A stretch of 64,000 nucleotides of DNA. It comes from Oopsacas minuta. Lineage: Eukaryota > Animalia > Porifera. Shown piece after piece: positions 33,986 to 56,867 of this stretch. Location of the stretch: assembly GCA_024704765.1 (NCBI GenBank), contig JAKMXF010000335.1:62001-126000 (forward strand). The letters run 5' to 3'. How positions within the stretch are numbered: the first letter of the stretch is position 1; every line of letters starts with the position of its first letter. Position numbers and translations under genes: made by a program. The notes below the pieces were generated by a model that did no database searches, was not told the DNA's origin, and saw only the letters and a list, made by a program, of their open reading frames with translations.

Positions 33986-36900
33986 ATTCATCTTGTAAGA
34001 GATGGTTTGCAATGAATCAACTTCAATTAATGATTCACAACATAATGTATAAGACTATAAGCCTTCTTCTTTTGTTAATTAATTGTTACATACGTGAGTA
34101 TTATAAATTTTTCTGGGGTATCATTTTGTAACTAATGCTGATCCTTGAGGCTAGTTTGATATTTCAAGATGTGCTTCATTGAACCTTTATTTGTACTGCT
34201 ATTGTGTCTACACTTTAAAATTTCTCCCAAAATTGTCCTGTCCTGACAACCACTGAGTTTCCTAGTGCAAGGAAGAAACTCACCCTAACCAATGGCAGTT
34301 GCGACATTTATGATAAATATAACTTCGAAGAAATATAGCTACTCTAAGATATACAGTTGTTGGTATCCTTAGTTAATGACTTAATATTATAATGATAAGA
34401 TCCTTTAATATCCATACATGCCATCAGAGTGAACCATGGCTAGACAGATTTGTTGTATTCTACCAGGCTATATTTGGCTTAGGACGGTACATCGCATTTT
34501 AATATGTCCAGCTTACTAAAAGGCCTTAAAATCCGATTTTTGTAGTTTTTTCCTTTCTTTTCACAAAAGTATCAGCATGGATGATGTTTTAATCAGCGTT
34601 TCTATATATTAGAAATACTATATGCTATTCACATATTGCTACAACTGTCTGAGATTTTTATGAAAATTTAGTGTGAATTAAATCGAATCGTATTTTCACC
34701 AGTTTAGTTGCTTTTACCATTTATTATTATAAATAATATATTAATCCTTTCATTAAACATCAAACGATTTCAAAGAAATATTCAATAAACGTATGATCAG
34801 ACAAATGATATTAGAGGGAAATTCATTATGTTTTTCTCTATACTTTTCCTCGTAGAAACCTCACCATAATAATCAATACTGAGATTGTGTGATATTACTT
34901 ATTAGTGGATAGAGTAAAGCCATATTTAACTTATGATATATTATTTGGTGACTAAAATGATTGGTTTCGTTTGTTTTCAGACTGTTTGTATGTAATTTGA
35001 CAGATGTTTGTTTTTTGTAGAAAAAGAACAATGCACTAATTAATCAGTGTAATTTTGATGTGTAGTTTTATTGGATTTGTGATGTATAATTTGGAAATTA
35101 TGACTCTCATAGATTAATTAACTGATAGTTAGGTTTTTGCGAAATTTGTGTATTTCTTACTAAGACTGTTTGTAAGTTTATATGAATACTTGTACTTTGG
35201 ACATCAATTGAATTGCAATTCATTTTCGACTTGTAAACTTACACAATACGCGAGTAACGCCCACTTTTGAGATTCTTGACCGCACCAAACATGTTATAAA
35301 GTGGAATTTTCCGATTGTTCTGTGGCCAGACTGATAATAATATGCAAAGTCCCGCAAAAATTACTTTCACAAAATGACTATCCAAGAATGTCTGTTTTTA
35401 TTTTATCGTAGTTTACCATGTCTTTGAATAAATTTTAGTTGATTGATTGATTGATTTTAGTCAAAAGTTTTAAGGATTTACACAATGTTATGTTCTAATA
35501 ATCGAGTGCGTAACAGGTTCAATGATCCAACCAGATTAATAGTGTTTATTGACATACTGTGGATGTTACCAGAATTACAGTAAATCCTCCAATTCAATGA
35601 AATAGATTGAATATTCCAAATAGCTCTGGCCCCTCTATTATAAGAATATCTGGAACAAAATTGTATCTTTTCAAAATATTCAGTAAATTCAACATTTATG
35701 TACTTTTATAATGAGGCGACAAGCAGTTATTGGCTCTAAGAATTTATATGTACAAATTTTCTCCCAAATTCCCGATGGTGTAACTGTAATATATCTCGGT
35801 CTTCATTTTCCTATCTAATCTGATTCCCGAATCCAGCTTTGTTGTGTGTACAAAGTTTGGACATATTATGTCTTTATGGATAGCGATAATTCAAAGGATG
35901 AGGGTAATGAGACCATAAAATTAGGACACAGGACTAAACATGCGCTATGGCTCTCTTTTACGGGGCTCCTGGACATATATGGAAATTTTAAATCAAAGGG
36001 CCAAAATAGATTTCAACTAAATCGGAAAGGGAAAATACGTATTGAAAAAAGGAATAAATCTATCTAATTTTGTTTCATTTTGGCATATCATTTGTTAAGA
36101 TAATTGGTTACTAGCGAAATAGGTTGAGAACTACAGAACTAGCGTTGGCCTCTAGTGATAAAATGCCACGAACACACTTAACTGCAACTTGTTTGTTCTG
36201 GGTAATATCACTAATATGTTCCGATTTAACAGAGTTCCCGTGTTATTCTTATTCAGACACAGCAAGAATCCTTCCTGGAGAGTTGTCCCGATCAAGAGGA
36301 GCTAGGAGTTGACTGTTAACAATTTTCCATCCTTCTATAAAACACATTAAATATTCTCCAACATTATAAGTTTGATTGTTTGATATTTCATAGTTGCAAT
36401 TCTAACGCAATTAACCACAACTCTATTACTTCATATTATCCTTAGTTTGTAAGTTTATCTTCAAATTATTCGCCAATGAAACCATACAAATAGCTTTAAT
36501 AAATATCAAACACAGACAAAACAAAATCAATTATAATCGCCACATAATTTAACGAAACCTTAATAGCAGAAAACCACAGTGCTATCTCTCTTTGTTCTAC
36601 CCCAATATAGGTGGCTAATAGTAAGCCAAAGCCTTACTGATTTGTAACATAGTTATATGTGAGTTTCTGAGGTTACATTAATGATGAGACCAAATATTTT
36701 TATAGACTTCTTCCTTATTTCAATGTATTCGAATTTGTATTAGCTGGCTTTGATGATTGGCAGAGCATTGAATTCTAAATGCCCCAACACTTCTCCAAGG
36801 AAATACATTTGTTACAGCTGTGTAAAGTTGAACTGAGTGCTATCATCTAGAAATATTGTCCAAATAATTATTTACGTTTATAACTTTAATATTATGAAAA

Positions 36901-38596
36901 TCCTTTTCTAACCGTCACACAATTTTTTGCAAATTATACAATCTTGAACTATTTCCTTATTTGAGCTATACATTCATTACCATCTGTTTGACAACATAAT
37001 TATAAATTTATTTGTGAGTGTTTGTATTTACAGTCGTTTTGTTGATGTCCTGTCGCTACATTTGGGAAGTGGCAAGGCACCGTAACGAATTGATAGGATT
37101 TCTCATACAGATTAATGTCTCAACTGACTGATAGACAGTTTGCCTTATACTTATGAAGGCTAAATATTTCCACGAAAATATTAATAACATACATTCGTAG
37201 CAAGTCATACAAATTCTAATTTCTAATCACTCACTAGTGAACTTACATTGATTAGCTATGAGACTTTCTGTCGTATTTTATATTTTGTATAATAATAGTA
37301 CCAATTGTGACTCTACAAATATTTTATGGGTAACATTATCATATGACGTCATTGAAGTAATCTACAATACTTCTACAGTGTAGCCTCAACAAACGACGGA
37401 ATGGGGTAGCATTTTTCATTGTCTCTGGTACTTCATTTGTGGAGGTTACACTCTATGCTAAATCTATGTTGTCACCTGTATATCATACGTATTTACCGAT
37501 TTTCTGCTCTAATATCTCCTCTTCACAGACAGCAAAACTAATTACCAAAAGGAACCACAAAATTTTGAAAATTCATTTACCGCAAATGGTTAGAGAACAT
37601 TCTTTAAAGGTACTATATTTAGTTAATAAACTTGAACTGTCTAACCACACTCTCACAGCTTAAGGTGATTCCTATACGAAATTATATGACAGATTATGTA
37701 GTAATTGTTAATATATTTCATGGAATAACACTAAAATAATATATTATTAAGAATCAATATAAATTAGCAATTAAAATTTTGGGTTTTTATCTAATTTACA
37801 TTTGTATTGGTATGACAGTTACCAAGAAGTTTAAATTCCGGAATATATCATCTGATCCATGAAGACAAATGTTGTGAAAATAGCTATACCAAAACAGCCC
37901 CGTAGCAGGCACTATTCAATTGGCCAGGTTGTCTTGCTAACTTCTGGTTCAAGCCTGACCAACTGGACTGTCTCCCAAGGTCGCGAAATGATGTATTAAT
38001 TTCATAAATTTATCAAATCATCTATGTTAAGCAAACAACTCAAAATTATCAAAATCTCAAACGTCTTATCAATAAAGCATTACATAAGGCTCGAAACTTC
38101 AGAATCCTAAACTAAATGAATTATTTAACCTATCTTAAATCTGTAGCCAAGTTTCCCTCTAAACTGTAATATATTTAATTATCAAATAATTGTGTCAATT
38201 CGTCAGTTAAATCTGATACAAGTAAATTTTCCGAATAATCCATTAATTACGCTATCGTTAAAACTCAGTTTTTCTAATCACTAGCTTTGCCTGCCATTGA
38301 TGACAATAATGGATTGGAATTTTTTCTGAGATACAATCCTAAACAAAGAATAGGGCTTCGATTTTTGAATTTTTGAGCTGACATTTTACTGTGTCGATAA
38401 AATATTGTGTACGCATAAGATTAGAGATAAAAACACATTGTAAGTCTAAATTCAAATGAAATTAGCTTATCATTAATTAAATAAATATATAAGAAGTTTC
38501 ATCTTGACGTATACTTGTCATATACGTATACGGTAAAATTCATACTTCTTTTATCTGGAATCAATAACTGAATTAATGTTTATTTAGAAATAGATA

Positions 38597-38745
38597 CAGC
38601 CAACTCTCCGATATATTGAAGTATAAAAGTGTACAAATATGGTCCCAAACGGTTTAAGTAACGGAAATGTCATCGATAAATATCGAACTCCGCTTATATC
38701 GAATAATAGCGGTCCCTTGAGCTTCGATATAACGGAAGTTGACTG
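38597..38745. mobile_element. Tc1/mariner-type MITE
   Basis: TA flanks; TIR CAGCCAACTCTCCGATATATTGAA / TTCGATATAACGGAAGTTGACTG. Same family as 47598-47697. Confidence 0.8.
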
Positions 38746-40869
38746 TATGCTTTGAGTTACGTCGATTTGTGTTAACGAGCTTCTACTGTATTTACCTGAT
38801 TTAACGGATTGACAAATCATTGAAAATATTTATTTTTTATAGCTATGAACTAGCATGAATCCTTCCTCGACCTCAACTAGCGATAATGGGAGAAATTCTA
38901 ATATGATTATATCGTGTTAATAGCAACGTTACAATCACAGCTGAAAATATCTTGTAATTATGAGTCGCTTATATCTTCTATGATCACATAATAGGAACTA
39001 CATAACTATGTGATTAGTGTACATAATCTATTAAAGATATTTGATAATGCACGAATATTTTAATAATATTTCTTTGCATAAGATCTGTTTATTACTTATT
39101 ACCAGATTCTATAGCTTGTTTAAAAATTTGGGATAGTTTATGGATATAACTTTTAGAGTTCCACAAACTACAAATACAGTAGAGTCTCGTTAATAAGAAC
39201 ACGGTTAAGGCGTAACTTCGGATAAGGAGTACAAATTTTGGTAGTCCCCTCGTGTACGTATTAACGAGAGTCTGATAATTATTTCTTCAGAAGAATTACT
39301 CAAATACTCGTTCTGCATTAATATACCTTAATAACTATGTAAATGCTCTCTAAATATTGCATTTGAAGCGATCTAGAAAAGATTAACATACACTTCATTT
39401 GTTTAGACATTATTGAAAGATATACGTATATGGTTACGTACAAGTCTTGTTGCGGTAAATTTGAGTTTATCTATATATAATGTCTGTAAACGTAGCTTAT
39501 GCTCTGCGCGGCTCGCAAACACTAAAAAGGATTAGATTAATAAGATAATATTAGCAAAAATCAGTTTACTTCTCTGGCACAAACAAGTCTTTCAGGATTG
39601 TAGTTGAACCCTGGATAGAACTGAACCAAAGACATCATGTAAATGCTAAATATTGCTGCCTGGGGCGAGTTTAGTACAGTTTCATTAACTTTAATCTCAA
39701 CATTAAACTTTCACAAGTATTTTGGCATAAAACATTACCATCGTGCTAAAGGATTCAATAAAGCAATCTCGTTATATCAGAATATTCATAAGGACTCCCA
39801 TTGTTTCTGAGTATAGGAAATTGCTATTAAATTTATCACAAAGCGATTCGAATTAAAATAGTTAGAAACCCTTAACTATACGTCGAAGTTCTCAAACTAC
39901 AAAAACGTTAAATTCATCTATCTCAACGGGTTCGCAGAGATCAAAGGAATGCTATAACTAATTGTATTACATCTTTTAGGATATAAGATTTTATGTATGC
40001 TAAACAGTTAGGATATTATTTGTTATGTCTTTTCCTTATGGGGTGTACACTTTTACATTGGTTGAAACAGTACTCTCATGTTCAATTAGGGTGATGTTGT
40101 ATTTTGTAACTGTAGAGAACTAACAGATCATATAGCCCAATATTTCCGTCTGTCTGTGTATTGCACATATGGGGACGGGCGGACATGACGTCAACTTTGG
40201 CCTGCCCAAATACGTGAGCTTTGTTACTCCTATGTGTACAACTACTAATATAATAAAGCATGGTTGGAACAGGTCAAAACAACATTATATAAACTGTAGT
40301 ACAAACACCCGAAGGATTTTGACAAATAAAGTTTCCATTGAACCAGCACATCACATATACAGCCTGCTATTATACATGAGGTTTGTGATGGAATGTTTCT
40401 ATTCATTGGAACATTGTATGAATAGAAATTGTTAATAACAGCATCTGACAACAAACCAAGGTTTCTCCAGCAAATTAATTCATCTATTGATGATCATGAT
40501 AATTCCAGAATTTTACCTAAGTATACATATTCTCTCGTAGTAATTATCACTGGACATATGTGCGTGTAGTTCTATTCAATTCTACTGAATACGTGAATAT
40601 GAACATGATAATGATACAATACGTGATTACATTAGTTTTTGGATAATAATCTTTATCGCAAGATCATCTCATATTGTGTACATTAGCAGTCATAGATGGA
40701 CTTCCAATGGGTATTTGGATCATAAATTGGATGATGTAGGGAAATTGAAAAGGTTTGCATAATGAAATATGTCATGAGCTATAAAAAATAATGATTATTA
40801 TATTGACGAAAGTGAAATAATTGTCCTTCAAAAATTGGGAATTTTCAGCTTTTATAGTAATATTTAGAT

Positions 40870-41052
40870 CAGCGATTCCCAACCTTTTTCATCCGTGAGA
40901 CACTTTTCCAATTTTACCAGCTTCACTGATTCCCAGATTCCATCCCTCTCATAGACCCTAATACAAATTTTATATACTTGTGGACCTCCTGTTGCCCTGT
41001 TGTCGTTCCTGGGCCACCAAGAGATCCATGGAACACAGGTTGGAGACTGCTG
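40870..41052. mobile_element. hAT-type MITE
   Basis: TIR CAGCGATTCCCAACCT / AGGTTGGAGACTGCTG; near-perfect 8-bp TSD ATTTAGAT / ATTTAGAA. Confidence 0.85.
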
Positions 41053-42568
41053 ATTTAGAAATACGTATTTCAAAGCTGGATCAATACAATGGTTACCTGT
41101 AAATGTTTGGTACACTTGTATAGTGTCGGTAGATAAGACAGTTTTTTACCGTTCGATTGTCTATCATAATCAATCGTAGCGGTCACATATACTTGATGCT
41201 CACTTTTGGCCAGTAATTTGCTGTTATAGACAGGTTTGATACATACACAAATTGAGGGCGGATAGATCATGGCACGATCTTAAATTATTCATTTCCTTAT
41301 GACTAACATTGTTGGTGGGAATTATAATTAAATTGTCTGGACAATTTGTAAACTTTTGAAGATTAGAGGCTTCTGTCAGTTAACTACAAGCGTGAGCATT
41401 GAGTTAATAACAGGAATAACAATTGAGGTCATAACAAAATTTCGCATATTTATTAACAGTTAACAATATGTAAATTGGGTTTGCATGTGCTAATCATACT
41501 TCTAAGTAAATTAATGAATTATTACGTAGAATGTCAACCTCAAAATTAGTATAGTAGACTCTGCTTAATAGAACCACTGGTTAATCAGGAGACTACTGTG
41601 GAATCTACTGTATTTCATTAAATATTTGTCAGAAATCTGCTCCAAATAGCGAAATTTTATTCCCTAAAATTTCAGGTTTCATCTTGTGTTAGTTTGAGCT
41701 TCACTACGGTGGTAGTATTTATTATAAGAACACTTGGAGGATTTTAATCTGTCTTAGAAAGGTTTTTCAATGGTTTTTGGACCGAAATATTGGACTTCCA
41801 ATCTGCTTTGCCAGATCCAAACTTGTAATACCAACGATATTTCCTATAAATTTATTAAAATCCTAGACAAGATAACTTGAGAGATTGGAATTCAGTGTAA
41901 AGCCTTGAAGCCTGGCATAATTAACCAAATATTACTCGCAAGCTAATTTCCAGTAGTACAATACAGATACAGTATAGCTAGAAGTGTATTGCCACTCTAA
42001 TCATAAGTAAACCATATCTTTGTATCGCCTTATTTGGAAATGATAATGATAGTCAAGTTATATGTTCTCATCCAAATTCCGATATTAACCCTTGTAACTA
42101 TAGAATCGTATTTGCCAGTTTGTTTCTAGGAAAAGTAAGTATTCTCGTGTGGAGATGATGATGATATTCATAGTGAAGAATTCCAAAAATTCTATTTTGA
42201 AAATGTGAATTTGAGTTTAGGAATTTATTATGGGATTTTCTTCAAATTTTGTTTCACCACTAAATATGGCGAATTCGAGGTAGATATTCCTATTTTCCAA
42301 GTATATTTCTATTATTTTCTTGGAGTTGGATGGAAATAGTTTAGACATGGCTTTGGAAAATATTTCCCGAACAAACTCCACACCAATTCATTTCGTGTTT
42401 ATATTTACACTATGATACTATGGTGAACTTTCGTCATACGATGTGTTCTGGCCCCCTGTTCAATTCGTCATAAGCCGAGTTAAATATTCCAAGCTATAAG
42501 GGGTAAAGAATCACTTCGTTCCGTTATATCCGACTTGGTTATAACTGGAGTTTACTGTAATTATTTTA

Positions 42569-42664
42569 CAGTGAAACGTCCGTGGACCACCAGTTAGTGA
42601 ACACCTCGATATCGTGAACATAAACTTCGGCCTCGAAGGTGTTCACAATAGAGAGATTTTACTG
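42569..42664. mobile_element. Tc1/mariner-type MITE, adjacent to another ending at about 42557
   Basis: TA-CAGTGAAAC...GATTTTACTG-TA. Confidence 0.65.
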
Positions 42665-44616
42665 TATATGGCAACAAGCTAGATCAATGATACATTTGAA
42701 TGATTCTACAAATAACTGATATTATTACTCACAATAATTAAACAATATTCGATTATCTTTTATCTTGCTTACTACATAATTTAGTGTAGGCTGGCGAATT
42801 TATATCTCAAATAATGGTATAATAATTGTTTTTGACAAAATAACATGACTGATATTTATCTACCTCAGCGTATATTTAGTCTACTAATTCCAATCTCTAC
42901 GTAATGCTGTAGACTGACAAAACATGAAAAGTGTCCATTACAAATACATTGACGCTTTCATATCTTATCATATATTTGAAAAGAATATTTGACAAGGTCA
43001 AGGTTGTTTGAATATATAAAGAATAATATTTATATTTATTAGCCTCGAAAATATTGTAAACAAGTCATATAGTTCCTATTCAATTATATTCTATACATTT
43101 TTGTGATGTCATTCGTTGTTAAAATTTGAATTACAATTCAAAGTAACAACGCCTTGTGTATTAAAGCCATTTTATTAATTGATTACTGTTAATACATTTG
43201 TTCTATGTTGAAGTGTTATTAAGTTAAATTATTAAAATATAATTGTGTAGTACATTCCTTCTTTGTTAATAGTTTGTCATATATTATGCATAACTTATAG
43301 TCTCTGATTAATTGGGACACTTTATTACAGACAGTTTGGCTAGATTAATAATTATACAGAATGAACGATCGCTTATAGTAAGACTTGCTTATTATGAAAC
43401 AAGTCGGTGGGTAAAAAATCAATTCTCATAGGCCATATGGAGGGGCATAAGCGGTCGGCAGGTACAGGGAGGACGTTCTTAGCCAATCGGTCATCAAATT
43501 GCAGGGGTTTGGTACATGTATATCAAATGAAAAGCTTAGTATACACTCATCCATGAGTAGTATAAGCACCTGTCAAGAAATAAATACTCATTGATGTTAC
43601 GGCCTTGCTGTAGCACTTTTTAATGAATGCGAGCCCCTTGCCATAACATTTTGAAATAAACAGATTCCTTTAAAATAATTTAATGTTTTAAGTAAAATAG
43701 GACAGTACTTGAGCAAAATAATCAACATTTTACTGTTTTAAATAACATTCAAAGAAACTACTTAAAAGACTTGAAAGATCTGCGATTTTAAGTTATTATA
43801 TGCAAAATAATGTCTCTGAAATCATAAATTAACTGAGAAACATTACACTGGATTGTACCGGCAAATTTGAGGATTTTAAAGCAATATTGAAAGGATTTAG
43901 CTATGATTTTCGATAAATAACTTTATGATTAATAATAATATTTCGCTTGGCACACAAGGCAATATTTTCACAAATATTTTATTCCAAATTCTATTTCAGG
44001 AAAATTACTGCGTCAAGTAATTGGCCCTGTTCTCATAAAGCTATCGTAATATTGTGTTAAGAACAAATAAATCATTAGCCGTGATTTATCAATATATCCT
44101 TGGAAGTAGAATATAGAATCGATTCTTATTTCATGACGGCAGATAAAGTAATAGAGTTAGACAGATAACTTTGTTAGGCAATTTTATTATTGACTACTAT
44201 AATTCTTGTGTTACATATGTGTAGTTATGGTAGAATAATAGTTATCCAAGGAAATGGTAGTATATAACAATAATTGGGATTTCCTTTGCTTATTAAATAA
44301 TTCAATTTGACTGCCAGATTTTAACAAATTTCAATGAACATAAACTCCGGCATTATTTTCTGAGAGATATTGATGCACACATTTCAGACAGATAATGCCT
44401 CGGCCCTCGGGATATGAGAAAATTCGTATTGTTTTTCATTGAAAGTGAGTGAATATTTGGATTGTCGTGCTTGTATCTCCTAAAATTCAGAATATCATAT
44501 AAACCCCCCTCGGCTATGTTTAATAATACGATGTACCAGTTTTGGCCTTTTTCGCATTTCTAGTTATATATTAATGGCCTCTGTAGGGAAATAATACCAC
44601 TAAATAATATTCTACA

Positions 44617-44776
44617 CAGCTGTTCCCGAACTTTTCTCCCCGTGGAACCCCTATGCAAATACACCTGTATACTCCGATGTCCCAACGAGTGTCGCTTGGT
44701 GCAGTTCCACCGTACCAATATTAACAAATTCCGTGGACCACCAATGGGTCCATGGAGCCCGGGTTCAGAACAGCTC
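44617..44776. mobile_element. hAT-type MITE
   Basis: TIR CAGCTGTTCCCGAAC / GGTTCAGAACAGCTC. Confidence 0.65.
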
Positions 44777-45188
44777 CCTACAGGTCGACCATTACTAACT
44801 TTATATTTAATTATAATAAAACTAAAGATATAAGAGAATATGTTTATTTAGACCTCATTAATATAAATCATGATCTAACAAAGAAGTACAAATATAAGTG
44901 AACACATGCTAATGCTAATTCAATTCAGAGACAATATATCATAAAAAAATGTATGTGTTTATTATAGCAATATAAATGATAGTATAAAAGTATTAAGTGA
45001 ATTTAAAGGTGAATTATGACACCAGATTGCTAACAATATATCTTATCTAAGAGGTCATTTATATATGCGAGTACTATATATACACAGAAGGGAGCGTTTC
45101 TTCATATACACAAAAGTGTTAGGTGATATTCGTGTCGAAGTGTAGCTTAAAAGTGAATTGCGCCTTTTTGGGTTGCGCGTTTTAGAAA

Positions 45189-53103
<7,915 letters not shown>

Positions 53104-55893
53104 ACTTTTGTTGTAATTTGAGTAGAATGAAATTGATTTGATCTAAAATAATAAGTCAAATATGAAAGTATTATATGCAATTGAATTAATAATTATACGA
53201 GAAAGATGGTAAGCAATTTTGTTGTAACTTGATAATTATAGTAAAGCAAATTTCAGGGAGAAATTCATTTCAATGAAGAAATAAGTATGTTTAGGGCAGA
53301 AAAAATGCATTCTATTATTATTTGAATTCTGTGAAAATTCAATTTTTGTTTCACATGAATGATAAACCTATTTTATGTTTGTAATTACCTCTATTGAGAA
53401 TTGTATGATGCAGGATAACAATTGTGATGAGAGAATGGAGGGAAAATATAGTAGATTAGTCAATCGTTGTTAGATTGATTCTCACATCACTATTTATACA
53501 AAGCAATCTAAATTGTATTATATAGCATAGGACCATGGATGCAGTAATAATACATGCGACAATTATTGCATTGAGAATCAGTTCAAATCAAGTTCAATCC
53601 AATGATTACATAATGACTTCCAAACTGTGATATGAATTTTACGAAAATTCTCTAAAGGGATAATGCAATTTATAACTCATAAAAGATTGAAAATTACAAA
53701 ATATACTCCCAAAAAATACATTAATTCTCAGAAAAAACAAATTTGGGATATTTCGTAAGGAACAGAATTACTGATATGTATATAAATAGTCATTTTCAGA
53801 TCCAGATAATTTTTATGATGTCAGAGTTCTTTCTGAGTAAACTCAAGTCCGATTTTTTGCAAACTAATTTACACAATTGTTGGAGACATTGAATTTGCAA
53901 GTTGTTAGAATTTCTTGTTTTTCACAAGTAAAACAATTACTGATTAGGAAATACGCGTAAGGCATAGTTTACTTTCAGCGTTAGGAGAATAAAACTCTTT
54001 CTGAGAAATTTGGAAAAATATTCCCGATTTTGAGATTTACTTCATTTATTTGTAATCATTGTATATTTGATATTAGGTAATAAATAAATAGAGAATTAAG
54101 AAATATTGTTTGAAAATGTAAGCATAATGATTTAACAGTGAATTATACCAAAAAATTTTAATTCGTAATCTCTATATTTGCAATTTCAGGAATTGATAAT
54201 TTTGTTACAAACAATAATGCAATAAAAAGTTTTCAAATTTGTAAGATATTGAATATTTATTTAATGCATTTTCTGAAAATTTGACAGAGGTATTTTGATT
54301 TTCTGTAAACATTAATCAATACAATAAAACAGGAGTAATATTAAATAAATTTTACATGGATATAAATAAATTCTTAAAAAACTTTGAGTATAAGAAGCCA
54401 AAAACAGAAAAACCCATTTCGAATGGTATACGATGGATTCCGCATTATTGAGCCAAATCTGATATTTCTTTCAAAAATATTCTATAGTATTTCTTATATT
54501 AATTCTGAGATTAGTTCTGCTTCGGTTACTTTTAGGTTCTAAATTGTTAATTGTGAAACGAAAAATTCCATTTTCCTGCCTTATAGGTACAATAAAATAT
54601 GTTCCAATGCACAGTCGTAGAATGTATTTGCATACCATTGTGTGTGGCCTGCGAAATAAACAAACACGAGTTAAATCCGTCAATAAATCAGCCACAATAC
54701 AAGGATATTATCTATTGTTATAATGGTCACATTAGTATACTACCAAATCACTCATTGTTTTGTAATTGATTTAATGTACGTATATTGAATATAGGAATTA
54801 AATTACTGAACAATTTAATTTGAATAACCACTCACTCGATTGTGTGTATACATTTATATGGATTCCCATTTTATCTGTAGAAATATATTTTATTCAAAAT
54901 GATGGAGAGCATATTCACTCAATCATAGCCAACACGTTATATTCATTGTGTTGTACCATATGGACTGTTAGAATGTAATTTATAAGCCATGTGACTGTGT
55001 GTATATTGAATACGTATATTGTAGGGAGCAGATAAGGGGACATCAGTAACAAATTGAAGATTGGACACGAAAAAGTAAATGAATGAACTCTCATTAAATG
55101 ATACATAGAGATTGATGGGAAAATGAATATTTGAATATCGGAAAGAAGCATTTCTATCATTTGTTAATACAGTGCACATACGTAATTATTGAACGGTTGA
55201 GATCTTGGGAAAATCCTGGGACCGGGAGGGTTAACAATTATGAGTGCAACCTACTAGAATCATTCTACAGAACAGCTACTTGTATTTAACATCCAGTTTT
55301 AAACTGTTAGTGAGGGCTCTGATTAACGTTAACGAGGGTCTACTGAATATACTTAAGAAATTGATGAACATGACCAATCATGGCTGTTCGGGGCTATAGG
55401 GGTAGGCCAGTTAAAAAGGACAATGAGAACAGTGACATAAATATCATTCCTTATTGCAGTCAATATTATTAGAAGCATGTAAAGATTTCAAAGGTGTTTT
55501 TAAATTATTTTGTTTTTGAACAGAATCTCACATTTGGTGTTATTGTTATTTTATTCTGTAATTATTATCTTACTTAACATGACCAATCATGAGACACAGC
55601 ACACGAGATAAATACTATAATTACTTGAGATTACCTATTTTAATTTCATAATGTATTTCTGGAATACATCATTATTGATAAATTGGGCCCTGGAAACTCC
55701 CTGTAAATGCTTACATAAATTAGATCAACCACATAGGATTATGAAAGCTTAGCTGGCAATTGTATTTTAAGATGCAGAATTACTAGAGATTGAAATATAA
55801 ATAGAATACTCCAGTGTGTATTAAGAAGTGTTAAAATTAATAAAAAATCGGTACATAATACATAATATAGTTATACGCTTATAGGATTTAATA

Positions 55894-55981
55894 CAGTCAA
55901 AGTCCTGTAATTCGAACGCCCCGTTATCTCCAACAAATTTTGATTCCCTGACCAGAGGGTTCGAGTACTGGGTATTAACTG
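55894..55981. mobile_element. Tc1/mariner-type MITE
   Basis: TA-CAGTCAAAGTCCTGTAATTCGAAC / GTTCGAGTACTGGGTATTAACTG-TA. Confidence 0.65.
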
Positions 55982-56745
55982 TACTCAATTTTTTGGGAAG
56001 AATGACATTTCAATGATTTTTGTCTTGATAATTTTGAAATAATATGGTTAATTTCAAGTGGCCCGCGGGTGAAAAAAGGTTAAGAACCACTGAGATAGCG
56101 TAAGAAACACACCAGGGATTATATAATCTGTAATCCTCTGTATCAACCAAAGTAATCGTAAATTAAAAGCATTGAATTCTCCCAAAATAAGTATATAAAC
56201 ATTGACTAGCGATTCAAAGTCTAATTTCAGATTAAAAGGGATTAATTATACATACATAAGTTCGAAGCAGTCAAAATGGCGTAGGTCTGGAGAAAATAAT
56301 GGTGCTGACTTTGTCTATTAATAATAATAAATAGATCACACGAATTTCTGAGACATCTCTATTGTAAATGCAACTCAATATCGATCTTATGATTACACAA
56401 GTCAATATATTAGTTGTAGATGAATAGTACTATTTTCGTATATCTTACATCAACAATATTATTTAGCTAGCTGGTAAGTAATGTTTTGGGTTAGGACATT
56501 ACGGACAAATAATTCTCATCAATACCCTCTGTGTATTTCTCAGAATATTAAATATTATGATGTAAAGTTAATAATAGTAATGCTTAGGCAATAAACAAAT
56601 AACTGGGAATGTGTGTTTATAACAAATATCATTCAATATACAGATTACTTCATAGAAAATAGAAATATTTACTATATTAGAATTAGCAAATACGGCTAAG
56701 CCATGACTTGAAAATGATACTTTTCAGGTACGTCATTTCTATACT

Positions 56746-56867
56746 CGAGCGTAACTGCCATTGAGGCAGGGGAGGCAGTTGCCTCATCTCCCTATTTTGA
56801 TCGCCATTATATTGAGGTAAATATCCATCCTTGCCTCCTCGCTCTAGGACCTCTAGTTAGGCCCCAG
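56746..56867. mobile_element. GC-rich Harbinger-like MITE
   Basis: gcgtaactgccattgaggcagg...ttgcctcctc...ctagttaggcccc terminal symmetry. Confidence 0.5.

Noticed and set aside
34080-34600. Possible decayed Cys/His-rich (TRAF-like) CDS on the minus strand
   Set aside because: Many stops and only a vague CRNCHWLG similarity; not supportable without a search.
35850-36800. Protein-like fragments on the minus strand
   Set aside because: Frequent stops and frame changes; no family recognised.
39600-39900. hAT dimerisation-domain relic
   Set aside because: Only a weak ESFS resemblance to ERSFS.
40169-40560. Short ORFs on both strands
   Set aside because: Interrupted and without identifiable homology.
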